This document shows, piece by piece, positions 12,940-26,967 of a DNA stretch of 64,000 bases. The DNA is taken from contig OZ199839.1 in NCBI GenBank assembly GCA_964304625.1, positions 1,438,221-1,502,220 of the forward strand, written 5' to 3'. Position 1 is the first letter of the stretch; each line of letters begins with the position of its first letter. The notes under the pieces were generated by a model. It was not told the DNA's origin. It saw nothing but the letters and a program-made list of their open reading frames with translations, and ran no database searches. This DNA is from Kudoa neothunni. Its lineage: Eukaryota > Animalia > Cnidaria. A program made the position numbers and the translations under genes.

Positions 12940-13469
12940 CAGCAGGTAACCGATTTTTCGCACTTTTTGTGCGTGCGCCATAGGGGACAATTTGGTTTGG
13001 CCCTACAAATTTATACAACTATATTAGTCTACCGTCGTTTTATTTAAATTATGTTATTAAATAATATATTACATTCAGATTACAATATAATTACGGGCCT
13101 TATGAAGCAATCTAAATTATAGGATGTGCAACATGTACTCGAAGAAAAAAAGAATTCTCGTATTTTCCTTTACATAGAACGTCTCTAGCAAATACAGGAA
13201 ATAACATGATAAGTTAGCCCGTAAATGTGTGTAAAGGGGTTTGTATTCATGCGGAAATTCGAATTATCGTAAAGCAACATATACGTTTATCAAAGATAAC
13301 AAAATTTGATTATTAAAAAATAGTAGATTTAAGGAGAATGGGACGGAAAATATATATACATTATACAAATTTGCCATCCAACTAAAGAAAAATTATTTTT
13401 ATCACATGCTCATCAGAACAAAAATAGAATTAAAGGCGGAAAAATATGCGAAAAATCGGTTAACTACCG
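12940..13469. mobile_element. TA-flanked MITE sharing TIRs with the pogo-like element at 4628-7734
   Basis: TA|CAGCAGGTAACCGATTTTTCGCA ... TGCGAAAAATCGGTTAACTACCG|TA. A related solo end lies at about 16585-16610. Confidence 0.75.
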
Positions 13470-13870
13470 TATAAGACTTATTGAAGCAGACTGAATCCTT
13501 GAAAGTTGCATTATATATTTTTTTAATTTATTTATAGATAGACTAGGATTAAACTTTAATTTCTCTCAAAATTATATTAAATTTTTGTTGATGAATTATT
13601 TCAAATTTTATTCTACAAATTAAAATCAGTTTGCATTAAAACTTACATAAACTAAAATTTTATATTTAAGATTAGTTCAGGCGTTTATCTTACTAATTTA
13701 ATTTTTACATTTATAATTAAAACAAAAAACTACCCCATATTTCGCGCTAAAATATTAAATATCTAGCCCATTTATAAATGATGATTTATTCATATCCTTA
13801 TCTAATAAGTAACCTCGTTTCAAACTAATTATTAAAACAAGGACAAGACATTTATTATTGGCTGTATAGT

Positions 13871-14290
13871 TTTTTCTGTTTACAAGGTAAAACCCCTGGC
13901 GCGACTTATTAGGTTGTGGAACTCTGGGTGGTCAGACCTCTTCCATTAACGTTTTTGGCACCGCAGGACGTAACACGAAACCCCACCCTTATCTTTATGC
14001 GGTAGTGTGGGACTTTAACCCATTAAACATCCTCGTCTTAGGGAGACCACCACCCCAAACCCTATCCCTTTAAGGACGTTGACGTTGACGCTGTGAGAGC
14101 TGCAGATTATTTGCCTTTCGATAGGTTCTGGAGATTCAAACTCCTACTCACGCTCATCCCATTCCACAGCGAGCTCACACTTTAACCACAGCTCCTAAAT
14201 ATGGAATAGAGACCCACCGGCGGATTCGAACCCATTACCTCAAAAGCTTCTGAGTCCGAGTGTCACACCGATGTGCTATCTGTCCTCGGC
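13871..14290 (-). mobile_element. tRNA-derived SINE, full length
   Basis: Minus strand starts with an A-box-like TAGCACATCGG and a B-box GGTTCGAATCC and ends in an A-rich tail. Flanked by a 14-bp TSD ATTGGCTGTA(T/C)AGT at 13857-13870 and 14291-14304. Confidence 0.85.
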
Positions 14291-14300
14291 ATTGGCTGTA

Positions 14301-14714
14301 CAGTGCGGCCTCGAAATTCGACCAAAAATTTTGGGTCAGAAACAATTTAGAGTTAATATATATCAAGAAAGGGTATGCAGAACAAATCGAGTTGAAGCAA
14401 AAACAGAGAAGACAGGAAATTCTAGAGGAAGATTCGCTCAATCAAATTGTTCGAACGACATCGAAAGAGAACCCTTTATAATCTATCGTACAATAACCAA
14501 AAAATATTTATCCTATATTTAATTCTTATTATTATATTTAATATTTATTTGTTATATTTTGTAAACACAGAACACGCTTGTTTTTAATAAATAAGAATAA
14601 TCATTTATTTGATGAGCGATGACGGATTAAACCAATTTTCATTATTTTGCGCTGGAAAAAATTAATCGGAGTTCGAACACATTTCCAGAACGGATTATGG
14701 TCGAAGTTGCACTG
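14301..14714. mobile_element. Tigger/pogo-type MITE
   Basis: TA|CAGTGCGGCCTCGA ... TCGAAGTTGCACTG|TA. A related solo end TTCCGGATAATCGAGGTTCGACTG|TA lies at about 21293-21318. Confidence 0.65.
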
Positions 14715-14944
14715 TATTTATTTTATTTAAATTTATTTCCTCATTCAAATAAACTGTTTCTCTGTCATGTAATTTTAGCGGATCTATTTTCAACACCAAA
14801 AAATAATTCAGTTTTATAATTTCTTCTTTGTCGAAGGATGCGAAGTCAACTTATCATTTCGATCTCCAAATCCCGGTAAATAGCTTAAAATCGTTTAATC
14901 CGCAGAAAATAATCTAATCACAAAAATCAAACTAATGGTTATAT

Positions 14945-16042
14945 CTAATTCTGTGACGGTAATTGTTCAGCAACAATGTGGCTTATAAGTTTTAGACGCT
15001 CGTTAACAGCCTTGAGTTCATTCTCGAACGAAATGTTGTAAAAGTCGGCAGTAGAAATCCCATTATAAAACGATCGTCTATCTAGAGTTTTGAACGAGTT
15101 GACAATTTGTTTAATTTCTTGGCCAACAGCTTGATATTTCTAAAAACAGAAATGCAATTAGTCAGCCAATCCACCAACCAAACTCACTCTATTGGACGCC
15201 ATGTGCTCTAGGTGTACTCGTTTGTCGTCAATAATAGTATTGGTTTTTTGGAATGTTTCATACATATTATCAAAAGTGTTTGACATAATATCAAGAAGCG
15301 GTTTATAGTGATCGCTAAATTTGAATAAATAGAGTAGAATATTCATAAAATAATAAATGCTGTTAGATGGGACGTTCAGCTTACATTGGTTGTGATTTCA
15401 GGTAGTTGGGATCATTCAAACATACCATCTTATTCATACCCAATTCAGCGATCAATAAATTAGTCAGTGGGCTGTTAATGAAGTTGACTTTGAGTTCATC
15501 AAAGTAATTATCCATATCAAGTTTATATTGATACAGATATTCGCTTGTAAATCTGCCGTTCTCCAACAAATTCATTGCATTAACGGTCAACCTTAACGCT
15601 CTAAAACACAGTGCTCCATTTGAAGATTTGCTGTGGTCGTACAGAATTATAATTGAACCCATGTAGTCTTTTTGATGACGATATATCGACCTGCTAATGA
15701 TGTCTGCCAACTCAGGATAGTAATGGCAGTTGATGTACCAACCAACAGGAAAAACTTCATTATACATTTCTTTCATGTGTTTATAGCTAGTCGAAGGATC
15801 GATAGTATCCTCAACGTACGGAAAACAATTTGTCACCATTAATGTATCATCAGTTGGAGTGCCAAGTAGTGCACCTCCACATTGATTTCTCATTGCGGGG
15901 GGCGTTTCTTCAATGTGCTGAATAATTTTAAGTGCAACCTACATTAGTATTTTATTGATATAGATATACTCATTCATTTAATGAGTATTACAGATCCTTT
16001 TATGGTTACATTGTTGGGAACATCACCGTCTAGGGCTGACAT
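14945..16042 (-). CDS. EIF3H: Eukaryotic translation initiation factor 3 subunit H (MPN domain), 4 exons
   Basis: VTIKGS|VALKIIQH..GALLG..LMVTNCFPY..VGWY..HQKDYMGSIIILYDHSKSSNGALCFRALRLT..FDELKVNFINSPL match eIF3h. ATG at 16042, TAG at 14945-14947. Confidence 0.9.
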
Positions 16043-16907
16043 CGTGTGTGTATGCGCACGACGTGATCACACTTAAAATTAATACAGTAGGTAATCGATT
16101 TTACACACTTCTACACATGCGTACAATAATTATATGTCCCCTTTTTGGAATTTAGAAGAAAAGTTGATGTTTTTTTATTGGGATAATATAAACGAATATA
16201 AATTCTACAAGAGAAAAAAATCAAGTGATACTAAGTTTCAATTTTTGAAAAAATCAATAATTTTGGTTCGTGTCTTATTTCACCAGCCGTGACATATACA
16301 AATCAATTTCCAGTTCTAATAACGATCGGAAACGATCTAAACTTTTTTAAATCAGAGATAAAATTTAGTTATTTTTTGGAGGAGTCCATTTAGGATTGTT
16401 ATACTTGATATGTTGAAATGTCTCACAGTAGCTATCTTAACGTTTATTTATGGAAGATTTTAGAATTATTTTATTATTTTGCATTTTCCTTCTAATGTTG
16501 TTGTATTTTTATCTTGGCCTATCGCTAAATTTCTAATTTTTCAGCGAATAACGCTACATTGAACAACAGAGTGCCCGGGGAAAAGTGTGAAAAATCGATT
16601 ACCGACTGTATTGTACATTTGTCAAACACGAGTATATCTCTCCTAAATCTACGGCAATATTAGAGTGGATTTGTTGCTATACTTAACAAGTTATATAAAA
16701 TTATATTCTATATATTAATCCCGAAGTGTACATGCATGATGAAAATTTAAGCAATCAATGTAAATATTTGATGGTGACTATTTGCACTCACTCGGTGTAT
16801 TCGCGGAGGATTAAAACATTATCATTATATCTACTTTTTCTCTTATATTAGCTATTGCAGAAAAACACTAATCGCCAAAAACGATAAATAATATTTTTTA
16901 TAATTAA

Positions 16908-17862
16908 CCTTCTAAGGGGCTTGGGGCCTTTTAGACCCCAAAAGGATTTTAATTTTTTCATAGAATATTTAATAATTATCTGAGATACTTAGAATTTCGT
17001 CTATTCTCCTATATTATTTTAATAAATAGATTTATAAAAAATTTTATGTGGAATGTCGATTATAATTTATCAAACAAGATTATCCATGCTACTAACCCCG
17101 CTAACGATAAATATCTCCTAATAAATAAGCTTTTAATAATTTATAGGTAAAATTGAATTTTGATATTTACTAAACAGTTGCTACAATTGAATATCTACTG
17201 TTTGTACTAAATATGAAATTCTCATTTTTATAAATTCCTACATTTAATAATAGGTAACCGCTAAGGAGAAATTGTGACAACGCATAGAAATCAGCTGCCA
17301 CACTTAAATTTTAGAATACATAAAGGACGCTTTATTCAATTGAGTGTTGCGATCTGTAAAAATGAATACGGGGGACTAGGAGATACATAATAGATTACAA
17401 CAACTATCGTATATATCTGAAAGATAATATTAAATGTAAATTCACGTTGAATCAAAATTAAGAAATAAACAAAAATAAATTATTCAAAATGGTCGATTTG
17501 GTTCACAGTAGCTGTTTTTGATTACGGTTATTATTCTGCATTTTTACCGAATAGATTGTCTTTATTAGAATTTATATTTTATTTTTCATTAAGTTTTATG
17601 TCGTTATTTCAAATAAGGCTAAACATACTATACGTTCTAATCGCGAGTTATTACGAAATAATACCTAATCTTACCGAAGTAGATCACCGAGGATTAGTTA
17701 TGCAGTAATTACTTGTTTTCTCAATATTCCTTAGGCAGAATCTTTCCATATTTTTCTCGTAACATTACAATAATTTTCTGAATACATTCAATGGAAGGAA
17801 TTCTGGGGTCTTTTTACCCCTAAGTCCGTTGGAGGATGGTTGTTTTTTTATCTGTTAGAGGG
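16908..17862. mobile_element. piggyBac-like non-autonomous element (copy 2, inverted relative to copy 1)
   Basis: TTAA|CCTTCTAAG ... GTTAGAGGG|TTAA. Long reverse-complement identity to 5243-6451. Confidence 0.9.
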
Positions 17863-18144
17863 TTAATATACTGTTATAATTGTTTTGGTCTTCCTTTTAC
17901 TTTAGTGGAACGAAAATTGACGTTATACGAGTTGTAATTTTTCTCATTTTATTGATTTATGGAAAATGTGGTTTTATTCTCATATTATTCTTTTGAATTT
18001 TTTAGGCTTTGGTAAAATTCGTCGTATTGACTACCACTAAGTGTATTTAATTGATCCAATATTTCAGAACATAATTGTTTGTTGTTTTGAAACTTTGATT
18101 TTATCAGCAGCAAAACTGGACAAACGATTTATTATTGCCAAAAT

Positions 18145-18172
18145 ATCATCATCATCATCATCATCATCATCA
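18145..18172. repeat. (ATC)n microsatellite
   Basis: About 9 ATC units; would encode poly-Asp in the minus-strand relic. Confidence 0.9.
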
Positions 18173-19308
18173 ATTTTCATCTTCATGAGAATCAGATCAT
18201 TTTTTTATAAATCATTACCATGGATGGTCTCATAGTAATTGAGTGTTGAATTGACTTGGTGGATTAACGGTGACTTTGACATAAATTTTTTATCTTGCCA
18301 TGCTCTTGTTCAATCCAGTTATTTTTATTTAAGCCAAATGGCAGAGCATCGGGACGATGAAAACGAGCCCAAATATTGAAAATACATTGAATTGGTCGAA
18401 TATATTTCATTAAAAATGGAGTAAAATAAGTCGGCACTTTCAGAATATATTAAATTTTTTGATAGTCTTTTATAAGATTTTTTAAATTATCAGACGAACA
18501 GAATCGTTTGTTGAATAAATCGTGACTTTCCGAACTTATTACGCGCAAAACTAATACACAGCACAAAGATATATTCACATAAGTTCTTCTTGTAATTAGT
18601 ATCGAACCATTTTTTTTCTAATACATGAAAGTCGGCATAAAATTGTCTTATGACGTAAATATGACTGTAATTTTTACGATAGATAATAATTGACGTACAG
18701 TTTTAGAAGTCGATTAAAAAACATTATTTTTCCTTTGCAACTATTATTATCTATTTGAAATGACTAATATAAGAGTAAAAGCACACGTAGGGGTAATGTT
18801 TTAATCCTCCGCGCATGCACCGAAGGAGTGCAAATAGACACTATCGGTACCAAATAGCAACAGTGGGATGCCGCTTATTTCTATATACGCTAATGCGCTG
18901 TTTTTTTTAATTTCTACTTAAAAGATTCTTTGCTTGATTAATAAGAAATTTTCTACTATTTACTAAGTAAAATATTTTAATTTCTGCCACTCGAATTAAA
19001 AATGTCGATATATCTATTAACCAAGAATATGGAAACTTAACGGAAAAACAGTACATAATTATGGCAGTTTTTACAAATATAGATATAGAGGAATAACCTA
19101 CTTTTTTAAATAATCGATAATTAAATTTTGTTTAATGTACATACAGGCATATTTTCGGATATACCATAAATGTATATAAGAACTGAATGTTTAACTTAAG
19201 TTTTAAAAGAAAAATTTATTAATAAATAACCTAGAAATATTTCCGTTTGAAGTATTGCATTGGTATATATGCTACATTGTACATGTCGAATTGTGATTAG
19301 GCTCTTAA

Positions 19309-20232
19309 CCCTCGTGGGACCAGCTGGGGTCATTTGTAACGCCAATTTCGAAAGATTGACTTTTTTCGCATATTGAATTAAATGAGAGGTCTCAAAAATT
19401 CAAGATTCCTTAATTATAGTCTGTAATTGATCATTATAAAGTTACGATGAAAAAAATGTATTTACTGATTTAAATGTAGCTGTTACGAATTGATATCAAA
19501 TTAATAAATATTATAAAGAAAGCAAATGGCATTAATTTTGGTTAAAAAGTGTTATAGCATTATTAGAAACGTAATAAATGCATTTTTTGGTTTCGCGCCG
19601 ATGAACTCCATTCGGATATGGTGATTATCCAGAGATTATCCGTTAGAAGAGATTTCAACAAGCAATGTAATAAAGGACGGCATAAATGGAATTTTTAATT
19701 TAAATCAAAAAGAAGAGTCAACAAAATCCTTCATTAGCTTTAAAATATATTTATTTTTTACTAAAAATATGTTTTATAGTCTCCACATCTGAATAATTAT
19801 AAATTAATTGGGAAGGGCGCCCTCTGTTTAATAATCAAACAGCAAATTATAATCTACAGTTGTATACACGTATTATCGAGTCGCGCCGGAGATTGTAATC
19901 ATCGAGTGCTTGGGGTCTCATGCTTAAAGTTCACATTGAAATTCTATTAGATGTTCTATTAATATCGTTATCTCCTAGAAAATATTATAATATACTGATA
20001 TCTATCTATTTAAGACATTATATCCATTATTATACAAATAACATGGTTAATGGTTTATGGAGCGATGTAAGCATTTAATGGTAAGTTAGCATTGGTGGAA
20101 ATCCTATCACCTAATTTTTATTAATTACATACAATAAATATAACAATTAGACGGATTTAAAGAATATAACTGTTTAAAAAAATTCCCCAGTTGGTTCCTC
20201 GCGTAAGTTTTTTTAAGTCGGTCCTTCGAGGG
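19309..20232 (-). mobile_element. Internally deleted piggyBac relic
   Basis: TTAA|CCCTCGTGGGACC ... GGTCCTTCGAGGG|CTAA. Minus-strand remnant MLTSLH at about 20058-20075 resembles the piggyBac MLSTxH motif. Confidence 0.65.
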
Positions 20233-21586
20233 CTAATAAATCGAGGGTCGAGATTAATTTTTTTAAAAGCCAGGGTGATTGTATGTTAGAGTGAGGACTA
20301 TCAAGGATTTGGACAGGGATTTCATGATTCCAACGTTTTGTGGTTGTTTCTAGTTTATACAAACATTTTGATAGATAATACAACTCAGTAAATTAATTAT
20401 ACTATTTTAAAACGCTTATAACATTCAACTACACAACAATATTGAAGTAGATAATAAAATATGACGTAATATTTCATTTTATATTCAAAAACTAAGTAAA
20501 AAATATTTATTTTTAGGTTTTAACCCGTTTTTACATTGTTCAGATAAATAATAAAAACATGCTACTGACTTGATAACGTCCATAACTGATCTAACTTCGA
20601 ATGCTTAAGAAACGTATATTTTTATTTGTGATGATTGCTCTACTATAAAGTTAATTTTAATTCGAAAATAATTATTGAATATTTTTGTTTTAGTTACTTT
20701 ATGTGTGTAAATAAAAAGATAACTTAATAAAATAAATTAAAAATTTTTATGTTTGAATATTGGAACAAATATTGTTATAAAATTTTGTTTCTCATGAATA
20801 AACTACCCAAAAAAATTTATAAACTAAAAGCCACGTTAAGAAAAGCTATCGTTAAATTGAAACATCTTTGTTCAAATTTTGAATAGAATAAATTAGAAAG
20901 TTATGTTTTTAAAATACGAAGTCACAAGATTCAACATTTACAAACTTATTACTAACAGATATAAATAAAAAAATTAAGAGAACAATTAACGACTTTGAAT
21001 TTGTTAAAATTATAGATAAATACTAATTTTTTGATGTATTTATCAACAACATAGATGTTCCACGTGAGTCCGAATGTGCTCGACTTAAGATTTATTTCCG
21101 ATTTGTATGCGACACCACCCGAAGTTTGTACACAGATGCTGTAGTTTAGCTGATATTTTAAAACAAATAAAATAGTGTATTCCAAAAAATAATGCACTGC
21201 TGAATGTTGATAAGAAAATTTTTCCTAACACTGACTACAAAAATTCACTGTGATGAATGCTACTTTTATCCGGAAATATGATTAAATAGTTCTTCCGGAT
21301 AATCGAGGTTCGACTGTACTTTGTTTTTAATCAAAAAATTACTCTTCCATCATCAGATATGAAATATTAAATTAGTTATTATGGGATTTTGCATCCAAAT
21401 CCGGATGTCATTTTTTTGCTTTTGGATATCTAACGTATTAATATCTTCTTTTGGTAGTTCTAACGAATGATTAAGTATAAAAAGTTTGATAATTATATCA
21501 ATTAAAAAATTCGCGTCGTCAAAACTTAAAATGCAAAAATAGGAATAAAACAGTATTTCAATTGAACAATAAAAAAATACCTTGAT

Positions 21587-22431
21587 TTAATCGCGGACAA
21601 TACCCTTGTAAGTATGACATCTTAAGAATGTTTCGCCGTGTTGGAAATAATTTTTTAAATTTTGTTCTGTTACATTATTTGTAAAATTTTTCATTCTTTC
21701 CAGTAATTCGTTTGTTCCAGTTCTTCTCACCTTATTTTTTATTTGTGAGAATACCTCCTCGCAGGGGTTTAAAAGGGCGAATACCTTTGGAGATAATGAA
21801 TTTCGTATGGATATTCATCATAGAATTCGCCATTTGTGTGATGGAACCTAATGTTATCCATCACAATGATGAATTCGCCTGGTCCCTAAAATATTCTCAA
21901 GTTTACTCAAGAACTCTTGAGAAATTCTGTGGTTGACACCGCCGAATACAGGCTCACAGCTTACCACGTTTATTGCGTTAACAACGAGTATCATGGTGAT
22001 GTCCCCCTGTTATTTTTCACCACGGGGTTAGATGTTGTTCCAACACCCGAGCGTCCATGAAAGCGTAATAAACATAACAAGAAGAGGCTTTCATCCACGA
22101 AAACAAAATTTTTTTAGTGCACATCAAGAGGCAGGCTTGTATACCAATTGGCATAAATATAGCGTTCTGATTTAACCTTGGCGTTATTTCTGCTTCTAGG
22201 TATAGGGCACGTCATTTTATAGGATATATTTAGGGCGTTTAGGCATCTCCAATCGGTTGATCTGTGTACTCTCAGATGTAACTTTTCTATGATTGATTGC
22301 AATGTTATGGTACAATCATCATCATATTGACTATACGAAACAGAATTCGATTACTGTCTAACGTCTGATTTGTCCACATCTGGCAATAATATGATTTTTT
22401 AAAAGTCTGCACTGTTTACATCTTTTCCCAT
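21587..22431 (-). pseudogene. IS630/Tc1-type (DDE_3) transposase pseudogene
   Basis: ISYK..RN...KSER, FVFVDE, IVMDNIRFH and YLQRYSPF(L)NPCEEVFSQIK motifs, with stops and frameshifts. Confidence 0.85.
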
Positions 22432-24078
22432 TCTAGTCAGAATTCATTATAAAGAATATAAACACACTTAAATCGACACCCGGTAGCCTAATGTTGCCAA
22501 ATGGCGACATGGATTAATCTGCCCCTATAGTATACATATCAAAACATATTTTCTTCTTAGATTTATGTTCAGAATAAAATTATTTAAGAGTATATGTGTA
22601 TCTTTTCTAATTTTACTGAAATCTTAAATTCGAAGTTCAATTGCAGGATACGCTTAATCATTTGTATACTTGCTGTATGTCACGTCTGGATACACATTAC
22701 CCTTAATGGTGTCAATTACATCGACTTATCAAAATTATTAGAACATTGTAGAGTGTTACAGAGTATATGATTAATATATAATTAGACAGCTTCAACGGAT
22801 TATTATTATTATCGTTCATATTCTGAGTGTTTGGTCTGTGAGTATTTCTAAAATACAACCATCGAATTCCATGGGTAACACCGTATAGTTTGATATTCAT
22901 CTGCATTGTTCTTGATATAAAATGAACAAATTTTAATAATTCATTTTTATAAACTCATGTAAACAAATATATTATAGTAATAAAAATAGATTAAAAAAAT
23001 GTAATTAAATGGTTAAGGTACTCACAAAATTAAAATGTTCACATTTGGCAATATTGGTGTTCAAAGGGTTAATATTTTCGATTTTTTCATCATTGTTAGC
23101 AGAGATGCACGGCTTTTTCAGGACCGCGGATCATTTGGAATTATCGCAAAGCGTTCTATGCATGTTTGAATTTCTAATGCTTGAATTCTAGACAAAGACT
23201 GATGTTGGTGGTATCCAATGCTAAACCATCATTACAAATGTTTGTTAATCAATTTTCAAAACATTTTATTTTAGTTAATACGTAGATAAATTAAAATTTA
23301 TCTACGTATTACCAACTTGATTAATTGTTCTTAATTTTAACGGGATAATGGTCGTACATAAAAATAAAACCTCATCTAGGTATAGTTGTTGTTTTATTCA
23401 CAAATCGAACAAAGGTTTGTAAGACAGTTACTCGCAATTATAAGAATTGAAACAACTCAAAAACAAAATATGATGAATTTAATTATCCATAATCGCACTT
23501 TTTAATGTTGCTTATCAGCAACATAGTTTTCATTCCATCGGAAAATATTAGCCGATGACAGATAGCCCGGTGGTGTGTTGACTGGGCTCAATACCGGAAA
23601 ATATTGCACATCTCTACCTTCGCTAACTCTGATCAACGCTTTTCCAGAAGGAGTATTTCCTTCTTCTGTCTCTATCAAAACGATCGGAAGGAATAGAATG
23701 ATGTGCTCAACGCTAGATTGTCTTATTCGAACGCGGGAATTTTTCAACACATCGATCAAATGATGTCATTACTTTGAAGTTTCTGAGTCGATTACAAATT
23801 TATGTAATAATTGTATATATAATTAAATATTAGGTTGGGTTTTACAAAAAATTCTGATTTGTCCGGATGTCCATGTGGACTGGCAACCCTACTTAAAATC
23901 TCTAAGAAGTAAACAAAATTGAATTGAAAAAATGAAAACTCATATTTATAAATGAGTTCAACCAAATCTTTAATCCATCAATTTAAAATACGACGAAACG
24001 TAAAAATTCAATTACACTGTATTTTTTGTTGTTTTAGAAGGAAATAAGTGTCGCTCAAAGCCGTTAGTTTTCGTTAGT

Positions 24079-25101
<1,023 letters not shown>

Positions 25102-25206
25102 TATTTGTAAGTACATTCTATAAATATTTACTCGATTGGATTCTATGCTGGTGCGTATTTATGAAATTTAAAACTTAATTTGTGCGGATTTTCTCGATTA
25201 GACGTA

Positions 25207-26967
25207 CAGTCAGTGACAGATTTTAAGCATTCTCCTTAGGACCACAAAAAGAGTGTGAAATTGGTAACGTCTAGTTTTCCACACGTATTTACGCGTGCAT
25301 ATATTAATGATAATCCACGTAGCTATTTAATATAATTGAATTGCATACATTTAGGAAATAGATAATTTCTTTCACGTAGAAATAAAACAATTAGTTATTT
25401 TGGTTACAACAAATTCTTCTAAATACAATGGGTGACGACTCTTGTGCACCTGCCATGATTTAATGACTTACACAATACTGTTACTAATTAAAATGAATCG
25501 AATAAAAGCATAACAATTATAAAAAATTACTAAAACCTTAGTTTTTGTTTTAAATCGCTGTATATAAGAATTAGCTCAAATTTACGACTCGTGGGCACTA
25601 AGCTTAAGAATACAGTTGCCTAAATGATGGATGGGGGCCGTGGGCACTTGAAGAAAACCAAGAAGCTTCGTTATTTGAAAGATAAAATGGATATAATGCC
25701 ATATTATGAAAGAATATCGAATGGAATAAATAGAAAAACTAAAATTCTCAATTATTTCAACTTAAAATATCTATCCTCTTTAAATAGAATTTTGGGGTAG
25801 TAAAGAATCCATTATGAAGTCTCATAATGAAATGAAAGTTACAAATAATCCCAAAACATTTAAAAGATATACTATTTCTATTAATGATGCTCTAATTTAT
25901 TTGAACGAAATTATCAAATGTTTTCGTCTACGATCATAGATCTCGAAACAACGATTTACAATTCAAGGAAGGCAGAGCTTTATCAGTAAAATATTAATAC
26001 TTTTTCAAAGCAAAATCCAACTAATAAGTATGATAAAAACTTTTAGTTATATTTTATTGAGTATGTTTATTAATTTTATGAAATTTATGCATATCAATAT
26101 ATATATTAAATTTATCTTGATTACAAACTCTTACTCCCACTTCTCTTGAGTACAGAAAATAATTTATTTGTCACGCAACACTTCCTTAAGATATAATGAT
26201 TCATTAAGAATGTTTTTGGCAGGTTTTTATTTAAAATCGTCCAAACCTCATGATTGAAATAAAAAATAATTTGGATTATAATTAAATTGGATGTATGATT
26301 TTCATTTATTTTTTTAAATTCTTGTTGACCGAAATCATTAGTATATCACCACGTTGTCTAAATGGTTTGTTTCTACAAATTAAAATCAAGGATCGACTAG
26401 ATTAATTATATTTAATCTTAACATGATTTCTATAAGAAAATTTGTTTTTATTAATATACTTTTGAATATAAATGCATACATAGTGATAAATAAGAGAGAC
26501 TAAATTGCAAGAGTCCATATTAATATTTTGCTTTGTCCCCATGCGTCATGACGGCTCGAGGGAACTTAACGGATCGTGAACACCTACTGTAGTTCGAAAT
26601 AAAGCTATCACCAACGCGATCCTAAGCGATCGATCCTTTTTTGTCAAACTTGAATAATTTTTTAAACTCATTTTAATAAATTCTTAAATGATAATAATAA
26701 TCGGTTTGCGTTCAATCATTTAAACAATTTTATTTTTGTTATTTAAGGTGCCATAGTGGTCATAGGGGTTGGATATGAAGGATATTTTTCGTGCTTTATT
26801 GTAACAGATTTGAGGAGATATTGTGGACATATTTTATTATTTAGATTCAAATTCTTTAATAAAAACATTCAAAAAATATATATTTGTTAGCACGTTGGAT
26901 AATTCAAATTGTATTGCTTTTTAAAAAGTGTGTAAAATTGGACGTATGTAAAAACGCTCACTGACTG
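25207..26967. mobile_element. TA-flanked Tc1/mariner-like element relic
   Basis: TA|CAGTCAGTGA ... TCACTGACTG|TA inverted ends. Decayed internal coding-like patches of unrecognised family. Confidence 0.55.

Larger units (their letters stand above)
16770..18846 (-). mobile_element. Mutator-like (MULE) element relic with long TIRs
   Basis: Inverted repeats of about 55 bp (16770-16823 vs 18792-18845). Internal minus-strand remnant IWARFHRPDALPFGLNKNNWIEQEHGKIK resembles the MULE W..R..TNN..E..H..LK motif. Hosts piggyBac copy 2. Confidence 0.7.

Noticed and set aside
14235-14522. Three overlapping ORFs at the SINE/MITE junction
   Set aside because: They span two separate repeats and have no coherent protein features.
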